Shown here piece after piece: positions 11,772-23,479 of a stretch of DNA of 64,000 nucleotides (position 1 is the stretch's first letter; each line of letters opens with the position of its first letter). This DNA comes from Scyliorhinus canicula (lineage: Eukaryota), in assembly GCF_902713615.1 (NCBI RefSeq), contig NC_052160.1, forward strand, positions 137,186,737 to 137,250,736, read 5' to 3'. Below the pieces are notes generated by a model. It saw only the letters and a list, made by a program, of their open reading frames with translations. It ran no database searches and was not told where the DNA came from. The position numbers were made by a program, and so were the translations under genes.

Positions 11772-12285
11772 GTAGGTAAGACATCGAATCGCGTTAAAGT
11801 GATAATCAGAATGTCGGTATTATTCAGCGAGTGAGAGAAAGAACATCGAAAATATAACATTCTCTTTTCTGCCTGCGAAATCAATTGAAGTAGCTGTAAT
11901 CAGAAAGTTTCAAAAAGTCAAACTATTGCAGTGTAATCAAAATAACTTGTTTGCTTCTTATTAAGTAGTTTCTTCAAGGAAAGGCAGTGTCAGGCAAATA
12001 CTTCGGATTTCTGTCCAGTTGCTGTTGCAAAACTGGTCTGCAACACGGTGAGCTGACCACGCATTTCCTGTGGCCAGATTATCTGAACAATCATTTATAA
12101 TTACTTGCGCAGTTTAGAGGTCTTGTATCAGGTTCCAGGCTCATCATGGAAATAGGGACAACAAATTTTCTAGGCCTTTCTGAACACAAGATTAGTCCCG
12201 GGAGACTGGAGGAATAGTGGGAAAACTGATTGAGGCCATAATCCAGGATATACACTGAGAGAAATATAAGTTAATACTAGACAGT

Positions 12286-12599
12286 CATAGATCATACAAT
12301 GCAGAAGGAGGCCATTCGGCCCATCAAGTCTGCACTGACCCACTTAAGCCCTCACTTCCCCCCTATCCCCGTAATCCAATAACCCCTCCTAACCTTTTTG
12401 GTCACTAAGGGACACTTTAGCATGGCCAATCCACCTAACCTGCACGTCATTGGACTGTGGGAGGAAACCGGTGCTCTCGGAGGAAACCCACGCAGACAAC
12501 ATGCAGACTCCACACAGACAGTGACCCAGCGGGGAAACGAACCTGGGACCCTGGCGCTGTGAAGCCACAGTGCTATCCACTTGTGCTACTGTGCTGCCC
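12286..12599 (-). mobile_element. HE1-type V-SINE
   Basis: Full head-core-tail, homologous to the copy at 6680. Confidence 0.9.
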
Positions 12600-13757
12600 A
12601 AATACAATTGAACTGTTTCGTACTAATCTTTGGCCTGATTCTGTACAATTCCTTATTCATACAGTTTCAAATGTTGAGGCTAATCAGAGTTGGAATATCT
12701 CTATAGCTGGTACATTTATCCTCATTGCACATTATTTATATACACAGCAATTAAGCTTTAACATTTTTACAACAAATAAAACTCAGACTTTTACTATAAC
12801 TACTGATTCATTATTTGTTTCATTAATTGTAACTTGATTAAGGATCACTACTTATTTAATCATGTTACAGACTGGTAGCTAATTAATACAGTAATTTTTA
12901 AGTAATACATTTGGTTAATACATACACTGGTTCTCTACTGAGTAGTACTACACTCCGTATGCTTCACCTGTGACTTTGTCAAGGGCAGGTCATGTCTGAC
13001 AAATTTAATTGAGTTCTTTAATGAGGTGACAGAGGCAGTAGGTGAAGGGAAACTAGGGATGGGCAATAAATGCTGGGCCGAACCAGAGATGCCCACATCC
13101 TGTAAATGAATTGAAAATAAATGAGGGTAATGCCGTAGATGTATATTTGGACTTTCAGAAAGCATTTGATACAGTGTCACAAGGCAGGTTGGTTAGTAAA
13201 TTAAAAATGTTTGAGGTTGATGGATCCTTGGCAGCATGAATTAGAAGTTGGCTAAGAGATAGGAAACAGAGGCTAGTATAGATGGGCATTTCTCAGACTG
13301 GAGACGAGTTGAAAATAGTGTTCGCCAGGGCTCAGCGTTGCTTTTTCTAATTTGTATGATTTAAAAGTGGGTGTTGAGGGCAAAATCTCTAAATATGCAG
13401 ATGATACTAAGCTAGGTAGAATAGTGAATTGTGAGGATGATGCTGAGCGACTTCAGAGGGCCGTTGACATGTTGGCCCAAAGGGCAGACACCTGACAGAT
13501 GAATTTCAATGCAGAGAAATGTGAGGTAATGCATTTTGGGAGAAGAAACATGGGGAGACAATGCAGGCTCAATGGTACAACTTTGAGGGGTGGACAGGAG
13601 CAGAGGGACCTCAGGGTTCAGTGCATAATTCTCTGAAGGTGGCCAGGCAAGTTGAAACAATTGTTAAGAAGGCTTATAGCATCCTTGGGTTTATAAATAG
13701 AGGCATAGAGTCTAAAAGCAAGGAGGTAATGCTACATCTCTACAATTCATTGGTCAG

Positions 13758-14232
13758 TTCTGGCCTTTGCGTCCCTAGTAGCCCGGCGGAGGATTTTGCT
13801 TCAGTGGAAGGATGCGAGGCCCCCAAGCGTGGAGGCCTGGATTAATGACATGGCTGGGTTCATCAAGTTGGAGAGGGTGAAATTCGCCCTGAGAGGGTCG
13901 GTGCAAGGGTTCTTTAGGCGGTGGCAGCCTTTCCTGGACTTCCTGGCGGAACGGTAGGGAAATAGGCCGGCAGCAGCAGCAACGATGGGGGGGGGGGGGT
14001 TTGGTTCGGTGGGAGGGAGAATTGTGTACATGGGTTTGTTGGATGTGGTGGGTGTTATCTCTTTCCTTTTTGTTGTTTGCTATTTTTTTGTAGTTGCTGG
14101 AGGGTGGGGGGGGGGGGGGGGGGGGGGTGGTGGTGGTGGTTGTTGTTCTTTGGTTTTTACTATGGTTGTTTTGTTAATATTGTTTTGTTGTTTATATTTT
14201 GTGAAAATCTTAATAAAAATTATTTTAAAAAA
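13758..14232 (+). mobile_element. 5'-truncated L1-clade LINE with 16-bp TSD
   Basis: ACAATTCATTGGTCAG at 13742-13757 and 14233-14248; ORF2 C-terminus (ARRRILLQWKDARPP...KFALRGSVQGF), G-rich 3'UTR, AATAAA and A-tail. Confidence 0.9.
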
Positions 14233-14312
14233 ACAATTCATTGGTCAGACCACATTTGGAGTATTGTGTTCAGTTGTGGACACCTTATTTAAGGAAGGAT
14301 GTTAAAGCCCTG

Positions 14313-15005
14313 GGGCGGAATACTCCGCTCCCGCGCGGCATCGGGAAGGCCGTCGTGAATTAGGCCGAGTTTCACGATGGCCTCGGAGGCCGTTCCTCGC
14401 ACCCTATTCACCTCCCCCCCCCCCCAGGGGGCTAGGAGCGGCGTTCCGTAAATCTCGGCCGCCGGGCCTTGACACTTGCGTCAAGGCGGCGCGCCGAGAA
14501 TGACGCGACGGCGGCGCCTAAGTGACGTCAGCCGCGCATGCGCAGGTTGGCCGGCTCCAACCCGCGCATGCGCGGTTGCCGTCTTCCCCTCCGCTGCCCC
14601 GCAAGACGTGGCGGTTTTATCTTACGGGGCACAGAGGGGAAAGAGTGCGTCCCTTGGAGACGCCGGCCCGACGATTGGTGGCACTGATTGCGGGCCTGTC
14701 CCCTCCCGAGCACGGCCGTGATGCTCACTCCCCTCTCCGCCCCCCACAAGCCACAAACAAAACTTTGGTGCCATGTTCACGACGGCAGCGACCAGGTGTG
14801 GTTGCTGCCGGCGTGAACAGGTCGGGAACGTCAGGCCGCTCGGCCCATTCGGGCCGGAGAATTGCCGGTCGCCTTGAAAAACTGCGAGCGGCGATTCTCC
14901 GAGCGGGGGTGGGAGAATCGCGGTGGGTGCCAGGGCGGCGTGTCATGAGTCGCCCGGCCCTCCCGTGATTCTCCCACCTGGCGTGGGGAGTGGAGAATCG
15001 GGCCC
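14313..15005. mobile_element. Harbinger-type MITE, TSD CTG
   Basis: TIRs GGGCGGAATACTCC / GGGCCCGATTCTCC; CTG on both flanks; removing it restores the CR1 sequence gccctggagagggtgcag. Confidence 0.85.
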
Positions 15006-16147
15006 CTGGAGAGGGTGCAGAGGAGATTTACTAGAACGATACCAGGAATGAGGAATTTTAGATACAGGAAAGATTGGAGAAATTGGGCTTGTTCTCCCTG
15101 GAGCAGAGAAGATTAAGGGGCAACCTTCTTGAGGTGTTCAAAATACTGAACAATTTCGACAGGGTAAAGAAGGATATTCTGTTTCCATTAGTTGGTAAGT
15201 CAGTGACCAGGGGTCACAATTTCAAGATGGTCAGCAAGGGAGCTCGGAGTGAGATGAGGAGAAACCTCTTTACTCAGAGAGTTGTTGGGGTTTGGAATGT
15301 GCTGCCTGGGAGACTGGTGGAGGTGGATTCCATAGAAGGTTTCAAAAGAGAGCTGGGTATATATTTGAACGTGATTAATTTAGAGGGCCAAGGAGATTGG
15401 GGTGGGGGATGGGACCAGCTAGGTTGCTCTTTTGGGAGCTGGGACAGACAGGACGGGCTGAATTTGCTCCTTCTTTGCTGTAAATAACTAACAGAGCTAG
15501 AAAACAAAACAGATCAAACTTTTAAAGAGTTGCGTGCACTTCAAAGTGAGGGGTCATCTCTGGGGACAAATTAATTCTTCTGTTTTGCTGACTGTGATGG
15601 ACAATGGGGAGAAATCTGGCGATGAGGCCAGACATGGGATTGTCATCCTGAAATGCACACAGCCATTTGTCTTATGTCTGCGGTTTGGGGGGAGGGGGGG
15701 GGGTCAATTTATCTCTGCTACATTCTCACCTGGCAGCACATAAACGAGAGTGGATGGCTAAGCCTCCTGTCACGTCCCACTTTGCTTCCCTGTCTCCCAG
15801 TGATGTTTGAAATTGGTTATGTTGGGCCAGAAGTGTTCCATAGATGACAGGAAGCTTGGAAGAATCTGAAAACATGTTTATTCAGACTATATCAATACTT
15901 AAGTATTGTAATGATGCATTTTCAGACTTCATTAATGGCCACAAGAGGTAATTATTAATAAGAATTGTACAGCAGACCCTTGGTTGTAGCTAGTTCCCAA
16001 TATGTATCTTTACCTAGGAGCCGGTCTCACCATGGGAGCGATTCCACACTGAGTCCCGATGGGCCGTGCAGGCCATGTGACTCTTGTTCTGCTGTCACAT
16101 AGTCTGAAATGAACAGTCATCACAAGTATATTTAAGGTTTTAAAATT

Positions 16148-16454
16148 CACGGTAACACAGTGGTTAGCACTGTTGCTTCACAGCGCCAGGGACCTGGGTT
16201 CGATTCCCGGCTTGGGTCACTGTCTGTACCGAGTCTGCACGTTCTCCCCCGTGTCTGCGTGGGTTTCCTCCGGGTGCTCCGGTTTCCTCCCACAAGTCCC
16301 GAATGATGAGAATGTTCGGTGAATTGAACATTCTGAATTCTCCCTCCGTGTACCCAAACAGGCGCCGGAATGTGGCGACGAGGGGATTTTCTCAGTAACA
16401 TCATTGCAGTGTTAATGGAAGCCTACTTGTGACACTAATAAAGATGATTATTAA
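16148..16454 (+). mobile_element. tRNA-SINE family B (HE1-like head, different tail ending (ATT)n)
   Basis: HE1-like head and core joined to the tail aggggattttctcagtaac...cctacttgtgacactaataaag; same family at 19473, 39559 and 48464. Confidence 0.85.
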
Positions 16455-17394
16455 TGTAGCAGTATACAAAGAATATCTAAAGTATTTCTAAGGTTTTAAA
16501 ATTTGTTTTGGTCTTTTTAAGTTCAATTCTAGACAATTAACCTTGGTTTCTCCTTAGGCCGTTCTTTCTTTGAGGTGTAAGAAGAGGATGTGGATTGGAA
16601 AGTACAGCACAGACAGCCCAGGATGAACAGGAGCATTAGGCACCTCTCATTCCCCAGAAGGAAAAAAACAGTTCAGACCAGTATTCTTATTTCCCTGTTT
16701 CACTGTTTTGTTTCCTTCTGGGTAGTGTCTGCTGTGGCTAATGTCTGAATGTCTGCAGATCAAGCCAGGGAATTGTTACCATAGCACCACTGTGTCCCCT
16801 AACCCTAACCTTCTCAGTCCCCATGGCCCCAACCGTGATACACAATGTGCCTCCCTCACTAAGCAATGACACACTGGTACCAGCTGTCAGGCTCAGCAGA
16901 ACTTTGAACCAAGATCATGAGCCCACTGCCATTGAGTCCATCTTGGCCAATTGACAATAGGTGGCATTCCTCCACATCCAACAAGCTTGCTCTTGGAAGT
17001 CATGCCACCATGCTGTGTGCAGGTATTCCATCCCTTGCCTCAAATCATTCCATACATATCTCATAATTGGCAACAGAACCACACTGGCACCGATTAAAGA
17101 CCACTGTGGCCTCTCAAACCACCGCCCTCCTATTTCACTGACAACATTCTTATGTCTGGCTGACAATTTGTAGCACAAACCACGGATACCCCTTTCCTCT
17201 CTTTGGTTATGTACATTTTCATTTAAGTAAGTGCAGTGAATAAAGGCACTCCATGAGCTATCACATGGAACCCAAACCCGAGGACTCCTTAAAAGATGTC
17301 AAAACATGTTATGGCAAGATAACTGCAACTGTTAAAGGATAGCAAATTGTATTAAAAACTGGTTAAAGTGACAAAGATCGTAGAAATTAAAGAC

Positions 17395-18130
17395 AGTGGG
17401 AAACCAGAAGTACAAAAGGACTTGGGAGTCCTTGTTCACAATTCTCTTAAGGTTAATGTGCAGGTTCAGTCGGCAGCTAAGAAGGCAAATGCAATATTAG
17501 CATTCATGTCAAGAGGGCTAGAATGCAAGAGCGAGGATGTACATCTGAGGCTGTTTAAGGCTCTGGCCAGACCCCATTTGGAGGTTTGTGAGCAGTTTTG
17601 GGTCCCGTATCTAAGGAAGGATGTGCTGGCCTTGGAAAGAGTCCAGAGGAGGTTCACAAGGATGATCCCTGGAATGAAGAACTTGTTGTATGAGGAACGG
17701 TTGAGGACTCTGGGCCTGTACTCGTTGGAGTTTAGAAGGATGAGTGGGGATCTTATTGAAACTTACAGGATACTGTGAGGCCTGGATAGAGTGGACGTGG
17801 AGAAGATGTTTCCACTTGTAGGAAAAACTAGAACCAGAGGACACCATCTCAGACCAAAGGGACAATCCTTTAAAACAGAGGTGAGGAGGAATTCTTTCAG
17901 CCAGAAGGTGGTGAATCTGTGGAACTCTTTGCCGCAGAAGGCTGTGGAGGCCAAATCACTGAGTGTCTTTAAGACAGAGATTGATAGGTTCTTGATTAAT
18001 AAGGGGAATCAGGGGTTATGGGGAGAAGGCAGGAGAATGGGGATGAGAAAATATCAGCCATGATTGAATGGCGGAGCAGACTCGATGGGCCGAGTGACCT
18101 AATTCTGCTCCTATGTCTGATGGGTCTTAT
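17395..18130 (+). mobile_element. CR1-clade LINE 3' fragment
   Basis: ORF 17368-17778 (QKDLGVLVHNSLKVN...LARPHLEVCEQFW...LERVQRRFTRMIPG) followed by the CR1 tail. Confidence 0.9.
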
Positions 18131-19472
18131 GCTTTGAGGTGGGTAGTGGTGTTCCATAGGATTACTCTCTGGGATTGCTACTTTGGACATAAGTCACCAA
18201 AGAGTGGTGTCCAGGTTTGTAGCTAAAGCTCGAATTGAAGTCATAGTAAATAATTCAGAGGACGAAAGGGAGGTGGAGATAGATATTGATAAAATAGGGT
18301 TGTGGGCAAAGAATGTATTCAATAGGATTGAATGCAAATAGATGCAAAATGGTACATTTTGATTTTAAAAAACCAAAATATATTCCTGCATTGTTCCCTG
18401 CGGCACTTAAAAGAACTTAATAAGACTGGGGATTAAGCACACCTTTTCCCTTAATATGAGCGAGGAAAATTAAAAACATGAAAAATGTCAGTAGAGTTTT
18501 GGCCTTCATAAATAGTAATGAAAGTTTGATTGATTTATGCAAAATATTGGATAGGCCGCAGTTAGATACTTTGCACAATTTTGGGCTACTCCGTTGTAAA
18601 AAGGATATCAAACCATTGCATTGTCCATGTTAAATCCAGTAATAGTAAATGATGAAGGGATGTCTAAAGCTTGTCTTTTACCTTGGGCCAGGTTATTCTC
18701 AAAGCCGCCCCACAGAGTGACTCCGCCCGCCCGTTTGTCCATTCATCCGAACATCCGTCCCCAACTGTGTCGATGTATAGTTGAGGCAATGATCACCTCC
18801 GCCTTTAACAATGTAATTACCAAAGGATGCAATTACTGATACATTGACACTCCATCGATTCAACGCTTGTTGTGGTTGGCATTCTATATTTATGGAGATT
18901 TGAGATATGGGAACTATTTCCACCTAGAGGAGAGATGGCTAAGTGGAAAGTGAAGAGGTTTTTAAAATTATGAAATATTTTGATGCAATGAGCAGGGAAA
19001 CACAGTTTTCCTTTAGTTGGGGGGACCCGCTGATGAATTCTCGATTTAAAATTTGCACAGTGGGTTGCTAGAGAATCAAATGCTGTGCAAAATGCTTAAG
19101 TACTTGAAGCACAGGAGCGAGAGAGCAAGGAGATTGGTTTGGGATTGTTGTAGCAAAGAGGCAATGCACACATCACATAATGGTTCGAATGATCTCTTTC
19201 TGTGCAGCTTCTTTTATGGTTCTGTAAATAATTTTTCTAGCAATGTGACGCAGTGGCTGGTGTACCTGCCGGAAGCTTTTGGTTCGAGTCCCACCCTAGG
19301 ATTTGATGGCCAAAGGCGATGTGTTCATAATGTGATCAAACAGGTTCAGTATGACAACCTGTCGATCCTTCCGTACCTGCCAATGGCTGGCTGTAAGAGC
19401 GGGAGAGCCTCCAGGTCAACCACACTTGATGCGGAGTGGTACCCCTCAAGTTATGAGCCCCTAGTGACAGAC

Positions 19473-19783
19473 TAAATAAATAATCTTTATTATTGTCACA
19501 AGTAGGCTAACATTAACACTGCAATGAAGTTACTGTGAAAAGCCCCTAGTCGCCACACTCTAGCGCCTGTTCGGGTACACAGAGGGAGAATTCAGAATGT
19601 CCAATTCACCTAACAAGCACGTCTTTTGGGAGTTGTGGGAGGAAACCGGAGCACCCAGAAGAAACCACACAGACACAGGGAGAACATGCAGACTCTGCAC
19701 AGGCAGTGATCCAAGCCGGGAATCAAACCTTGGTCCCTGGTGCTGTGAAACAACAGTGTTAACAACTGTGCTACCGTGTCGCC
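19473..19783 (-). mobile_element. tRNA-SINE family B
   Basis: Reverse-complement homologue of the copy at 16148. Confidence 0.85.
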
Positions 19784-20027
19784 TAGCGACCCGTTCCGGG
19801 AACTACTAACCATGGAATTAGCCGGAAGTCTGCTTTAGAACGGAGTCGGAATAGGAATACCACAGGACAAATGTGACCATCAAGAAGAGCAAATAGGAAG
19901 TGTGCCATAAAAAGAAGCATAGCTACAAGACATTAAATATTTTAGACTGAGATATCAATCGACAAGATATTAAAATTCATTAAGGAATCAAGTAATAAAA
20001 CCTAATTCCTAAAATTGTCTTTCTTAG

Positions 20028-20354
20028 CTTCAGGTTCCTTGATGGCTGAAGAAAGGGCAACAGGAGTTGTGGGAAGAACAGTTACAATCTCCTGCCATTA
20101 CAACAAACAGGAATACGAGTCCCATAAGAAATATTGGTGTCAGAAGTGGCTTCGCTTTCGGTGTGCTGTATTAGTTGATACCACTACAGAGATTGGAAAG
20201 CAAGGAAGAATATCAATTATCGATGACAAGACGCAAAGAATATTCACTGTTACCATGAGCAACCTTACTTCAGCCGATACAGGGTGGTACAACTGTGGTA
20301 TCGAGAGCTCTGGCCTTGATTCAATGTTTGCTGTGTATATACACATATCTGATG
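20028..20354 (+). CDS. Gene A exon 2: Ig V domain of CD300/pIgR/TREM type
   Basis: VTISCHY...KKYWCQKWLRFRC (extra C-x7-C pair)...GRISIIDDKTQRIFTVTMSNLTSADTGWYNCGI. Phase-1 acceptor TAG at 20027 (alternative CAG at 20033); phase-1 donor G|GTGCCT is weak. Confidence 0.85.
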
Positions 20355-20555
20355 GTGCCTTTTTTCAGTTCTTTATTCCTATTGTACTGTGCTTTTAACA
20401 TTTGTTTTGGATTGTTTTCACTTAAAGTGTAGAATATTGTTTAAGGGACCAGGACAGTCAAATCAAAATGAAGAAGCATCAGATAGAATTCACCGTGGAT
20501 AAATGTAAAGCTATGAGATTGCATCAAAGAAGGAATAATGTAGAGTATATGAATG

Positions 20556-21141
20556 CATAGAATCCCTACAGTGCAGAAGGAGACCATTCAGCCCATCGAG
20601 TCTGCACCAACCCTCCAAAAGAGCACTCTACCTGGGCCACACCCCTGCATCCCCATGGTCAACCCACCTAACCTGCCAGCGCCGGCCCTAGGGTTGCTGA
20701 CGCCCTGGGCAAGGGGCGGGGCCGGGGGGGGGGGCAAGGGGGGGGGCAGGGCCGAGGCGGGGGGGGGGCCGAGGCGGGGGGGGCGCCCTGGGGGAGGGCG
20801 GCCACCGCGCATGCGCTGGTTGGCACTGGCCCAATTGCGCATGCGCGGGACCCGAGTCTCTGGCGCCCCCTAGCACATGGCGCCCCGGGCGACTGCCCGA
20901 GTTGCCGGTGCCTTGGGCCGGCCCTGTAACCTGCATATCTTTGGACACTAAGGGGCAATTTAGCAAGGCCAATCCACTTAACCTGCGCATCTTTGACTGT
21001 GGGTGGAAACTGGAGCACCCGGAGGAAACCCACACAGGCACGGGGACAACATGCTAACTCCACACAGACAATCACCCGAGGCCGGAATTGAACTCAGGTC
21101 CCTGGCGCTGTGAGGCAGCAGTGCTAACCACTGCACCACCC
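20556..21141 (-). mobile_element. HE1-type V-SINE interrupted by a hAT MITE
   Basis: Tail at 20556-20676, core and head at 20927-21141. Confidence 0.85.
20677..20926. mobile_element. hAT-type MITE, 8-bp TSD TAACCTGC
   Basis: TIRs CAGCGCCGGCCC / CAGGGCCGGCCC; TAACCTGC at 20669-20676 and 20927-20934. Confidence 0.85.
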
Positions 21142-21643
21142 ATTGATTAAACTGTAAACACGATATGGAGTGTTTCATGGAGAAAACTGGCAACTTAATG
21201 TGCACAAGTGGTTAAGAAAAATAAAAGGCTGGGATGTGTGTCTGTATGTGACTCATACGTCAAGCAAAGTGGTGTTAACATTGTGTCTGGCCTTGGTGAG
21301 GTTGTACTTGGAGGTCAATTTGGGTTTCCTTATTACAAACAAAAATGATAAGGGGGTGTGAATTTCCTTCGGGTTTCTCTCGCTGCAGTATCAGGGGACA
21401 CAGGGAGGTGTAGAGAGAGGTTACTGCGATGCCAGTGTTATTCTTCTGGACATATCAGGGAAATCCTGCCTGTTATACCTTCTTTACAGGCAATGGGAAG
21501 TACACCTGGTATGGCATTTCAGGTCTATATGTGAGCCCAACAACATATTCAAACAATCCTAACTTCAAGAGCAATGTGCTGTTGATGGTGAGCCTTCCAG
21601 CAAGGGAAAAGCCAGAAACAGTTTCCGTCAAACCACTCTTGGA

Positions 21644-21836
21644 TGGAGCACTAACGTGCACACTGGGCTAAATCGCTGGCTTTTAAAGCAGACCAAGGCA
21701 GGCCAGCAGCGCGGGTTCAATTCCCGTACCAGCCTCCCTGAACAGGCGCCGGAATGTGGCGACTAGGGGCTTTTCACAGTAACTTCATTGAAGCCTACTC
21801 GTGGCAATAAGCGATTTTCATTTTCATTTCATTTCA
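21644..21836 (+). mobile_element. Short tRNA-SINE family C, tail (TTTCA)n
   Basis: B-box GGTTCAATTCCC; shares the family-B tail caggcgccggaatgtggcgactagggg; homologue at 39313. Confidence 0.75.
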
Positions 21837-22165
21837 ATCTTAAATCCCATTGGGTTTGTGTTTAAATGACTTGACAAGAGGACATTGTGAGGCTTTGTAG
21901 CAGGCAGATTAGGCCACAGAAGCCGTTTCAGGCAAAAACCTACGTGATGGTGGATATTGGAGCCTGATTAATAATTGAGCCTCAATATCCAGGTGTTTCA
22001 GTTTTAATGTGTGGAAATTGTAACGAAAAAAGTGAAATATTTGAGTGAGAAACTTTTTCATTTCAGCACAAACTGGAATGTGTACATGGTGGTGTGAGAA
22101 ATTAACCCACACCCTCACTGTCAGTTTCGAGCATTGTTTAACAAACTCTTTCTTCTCTCCCACAG

Positions 22166-22486
22166 TAATGGTTTCAGAGCCTCTTCTCAAATTTGTGCGC
22201 CCGGCAAATGTTTCGTGTATTGGGGGCTCGGTGTCAGTCTCGTGCGAGTCGCTCCATGGCTCCCTCCCTATCACCTACGCTTGGTATGAAAAGACGCAAA
22301 GGGCTACTTCAGAGATTTCTCACTCAAATAGCCTGTGTCTACACTGCAAGAATATTTCTGAGGATCAGCAATATCAGTGCACGGCTTCAAACAATAAAGG
22401 CAACGCGTCCAGTGCAATGCTTCAAGTGTCACTCTTAAAGGCAGCAGAGAAGGACTGCAGGTTCTCGGTGTATATCCGCAATACTG
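22166..22486 (+). CDS. Gene A exon 3: Ig C2-type domain (FCRL/PECAM-like)
   Basis: Acceptor ctctcccacag|, donor G|GTAAAT, phase 1/1, 321 nt; SVSVSCESLHGSLPITYAWY...QYQCTASNNKG; clear paralogue of 59787-60110. Confidence 0.9.
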
Positions 22487-22620
22487 GTAAATGGTTTTTC
22501 ACTCAGAATCACCTATTTGCTACCATCTCATTCACTGAATGCTTGATTTATTTACTGGCAAATTTAGAGTTTGAAAATGAATTTTGACTAGTTCATTCAA
22601 ATCTTTAACATTGTATTAAT

Positions 22621-22846
22621 TTTTTTTTTATAAATTTAGATTACCCAATTATTTTTTCCAATTAAGGGGCAATTTAGCATGGCCAATCCACCTTCTCTGC
22701 ACATTTTTGGGTTGTGGGGGCGAAACCCACGCAGACACGGGGAGAATGTGCAAACTCCACACGGACAGTGACCCAGAGCCGGGATCGAACCTGGGACCTC
22801 AGCGCCGTGAGGCGGTTGTGCTAACCACTAGGCCACCATGCTGCCC
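22621..22846 (-). mobile_element. Short poly(A)-tailed HE1-related SINE (family D)
   Basis: HE1 head, internal deletion, ends ttggaaaaaataattgggtaatctaaatttataaaa; same family at 27498, 53474 and 60991. Confidence 0.85.
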
Positions 22847-22912
22847 TGGATGATGTATTAATAATATATGTGTAACTGGTAGTTATTAAGGATGCAAGTT
22901 TGATTCTAGTCC

Positions 22913-23240
22913 CATAGAATCCATACAGTGCAGACGGAGACCATTCGGCCCATCGGGTCTGCACCGACTCTCTGAAAGAACACCGCGCCTAGGCCCACTC
23001 CCCCGCCCTACCCCGCAACCCCACCTAACCTGCTTTGGACACTAAGGGGAAATTTAGCGTGGCCACTCCACCTAACCTGCACATCTTTGGACTGCGGGAG
23101 GAAACCGGAGCACCCGGAGGAAACCCACGCAGGCACGGGGAGAAAGTGCGAACCCCACACAGACAGTGACCTGGGACCGGGATCGAACTGGGGTCCCTGG
23201 CGCTGTGAGGCAGCAGAGTTAATCTAACCACTGTGCCACC
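22913..23240 (-). mobile_element. HE1-type V-SINE
   Basis: Head-core-tail homology to the other copies. Confidence 0.9.
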
Positions 23241-23479
23241 TTTAAATGTTTGCCGTGTTAAAGATTTGACTAAAGGTGAATATTTTTAAAGTTTGCATGT
23301 CTGTGGGTAATGAAAACGAATTTACAATGTCAGCTAGACATAGCGGTCTTACGGCCTTCTTCTTTCAGGGAACTGACTTCATTTTGTGAAAGTTTAAATT
23401 TGAACATAGACATCAGTATCACAAATGGGAGTGGTAAACTTTATTGCATTCTTTCATTTTTGGGAAGTCTGTTCTTAAG

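Larger units (their letters stand above)
12960..15480 (+). mobile_element. CR1-clade LINE (RT region to tail) with nested L2 tail, L1 fragment and Harbinger MITE
   Basis: YLDFQKAFDTV, KYADDTK and AYSILGFINRGIESKSKEVMLHLY motifs; ORF 15074-15487 (LFSLEQRRLRGNLLEVFKIL). Confidence 0.9.

Noticed and set aside
16585-16760. Alternative leader exon of gene A
   Set aside because: The ATG at about 16588 closes after 12 codons with no hydrophobic core or compatible donor; 11732-11771 fits far better.
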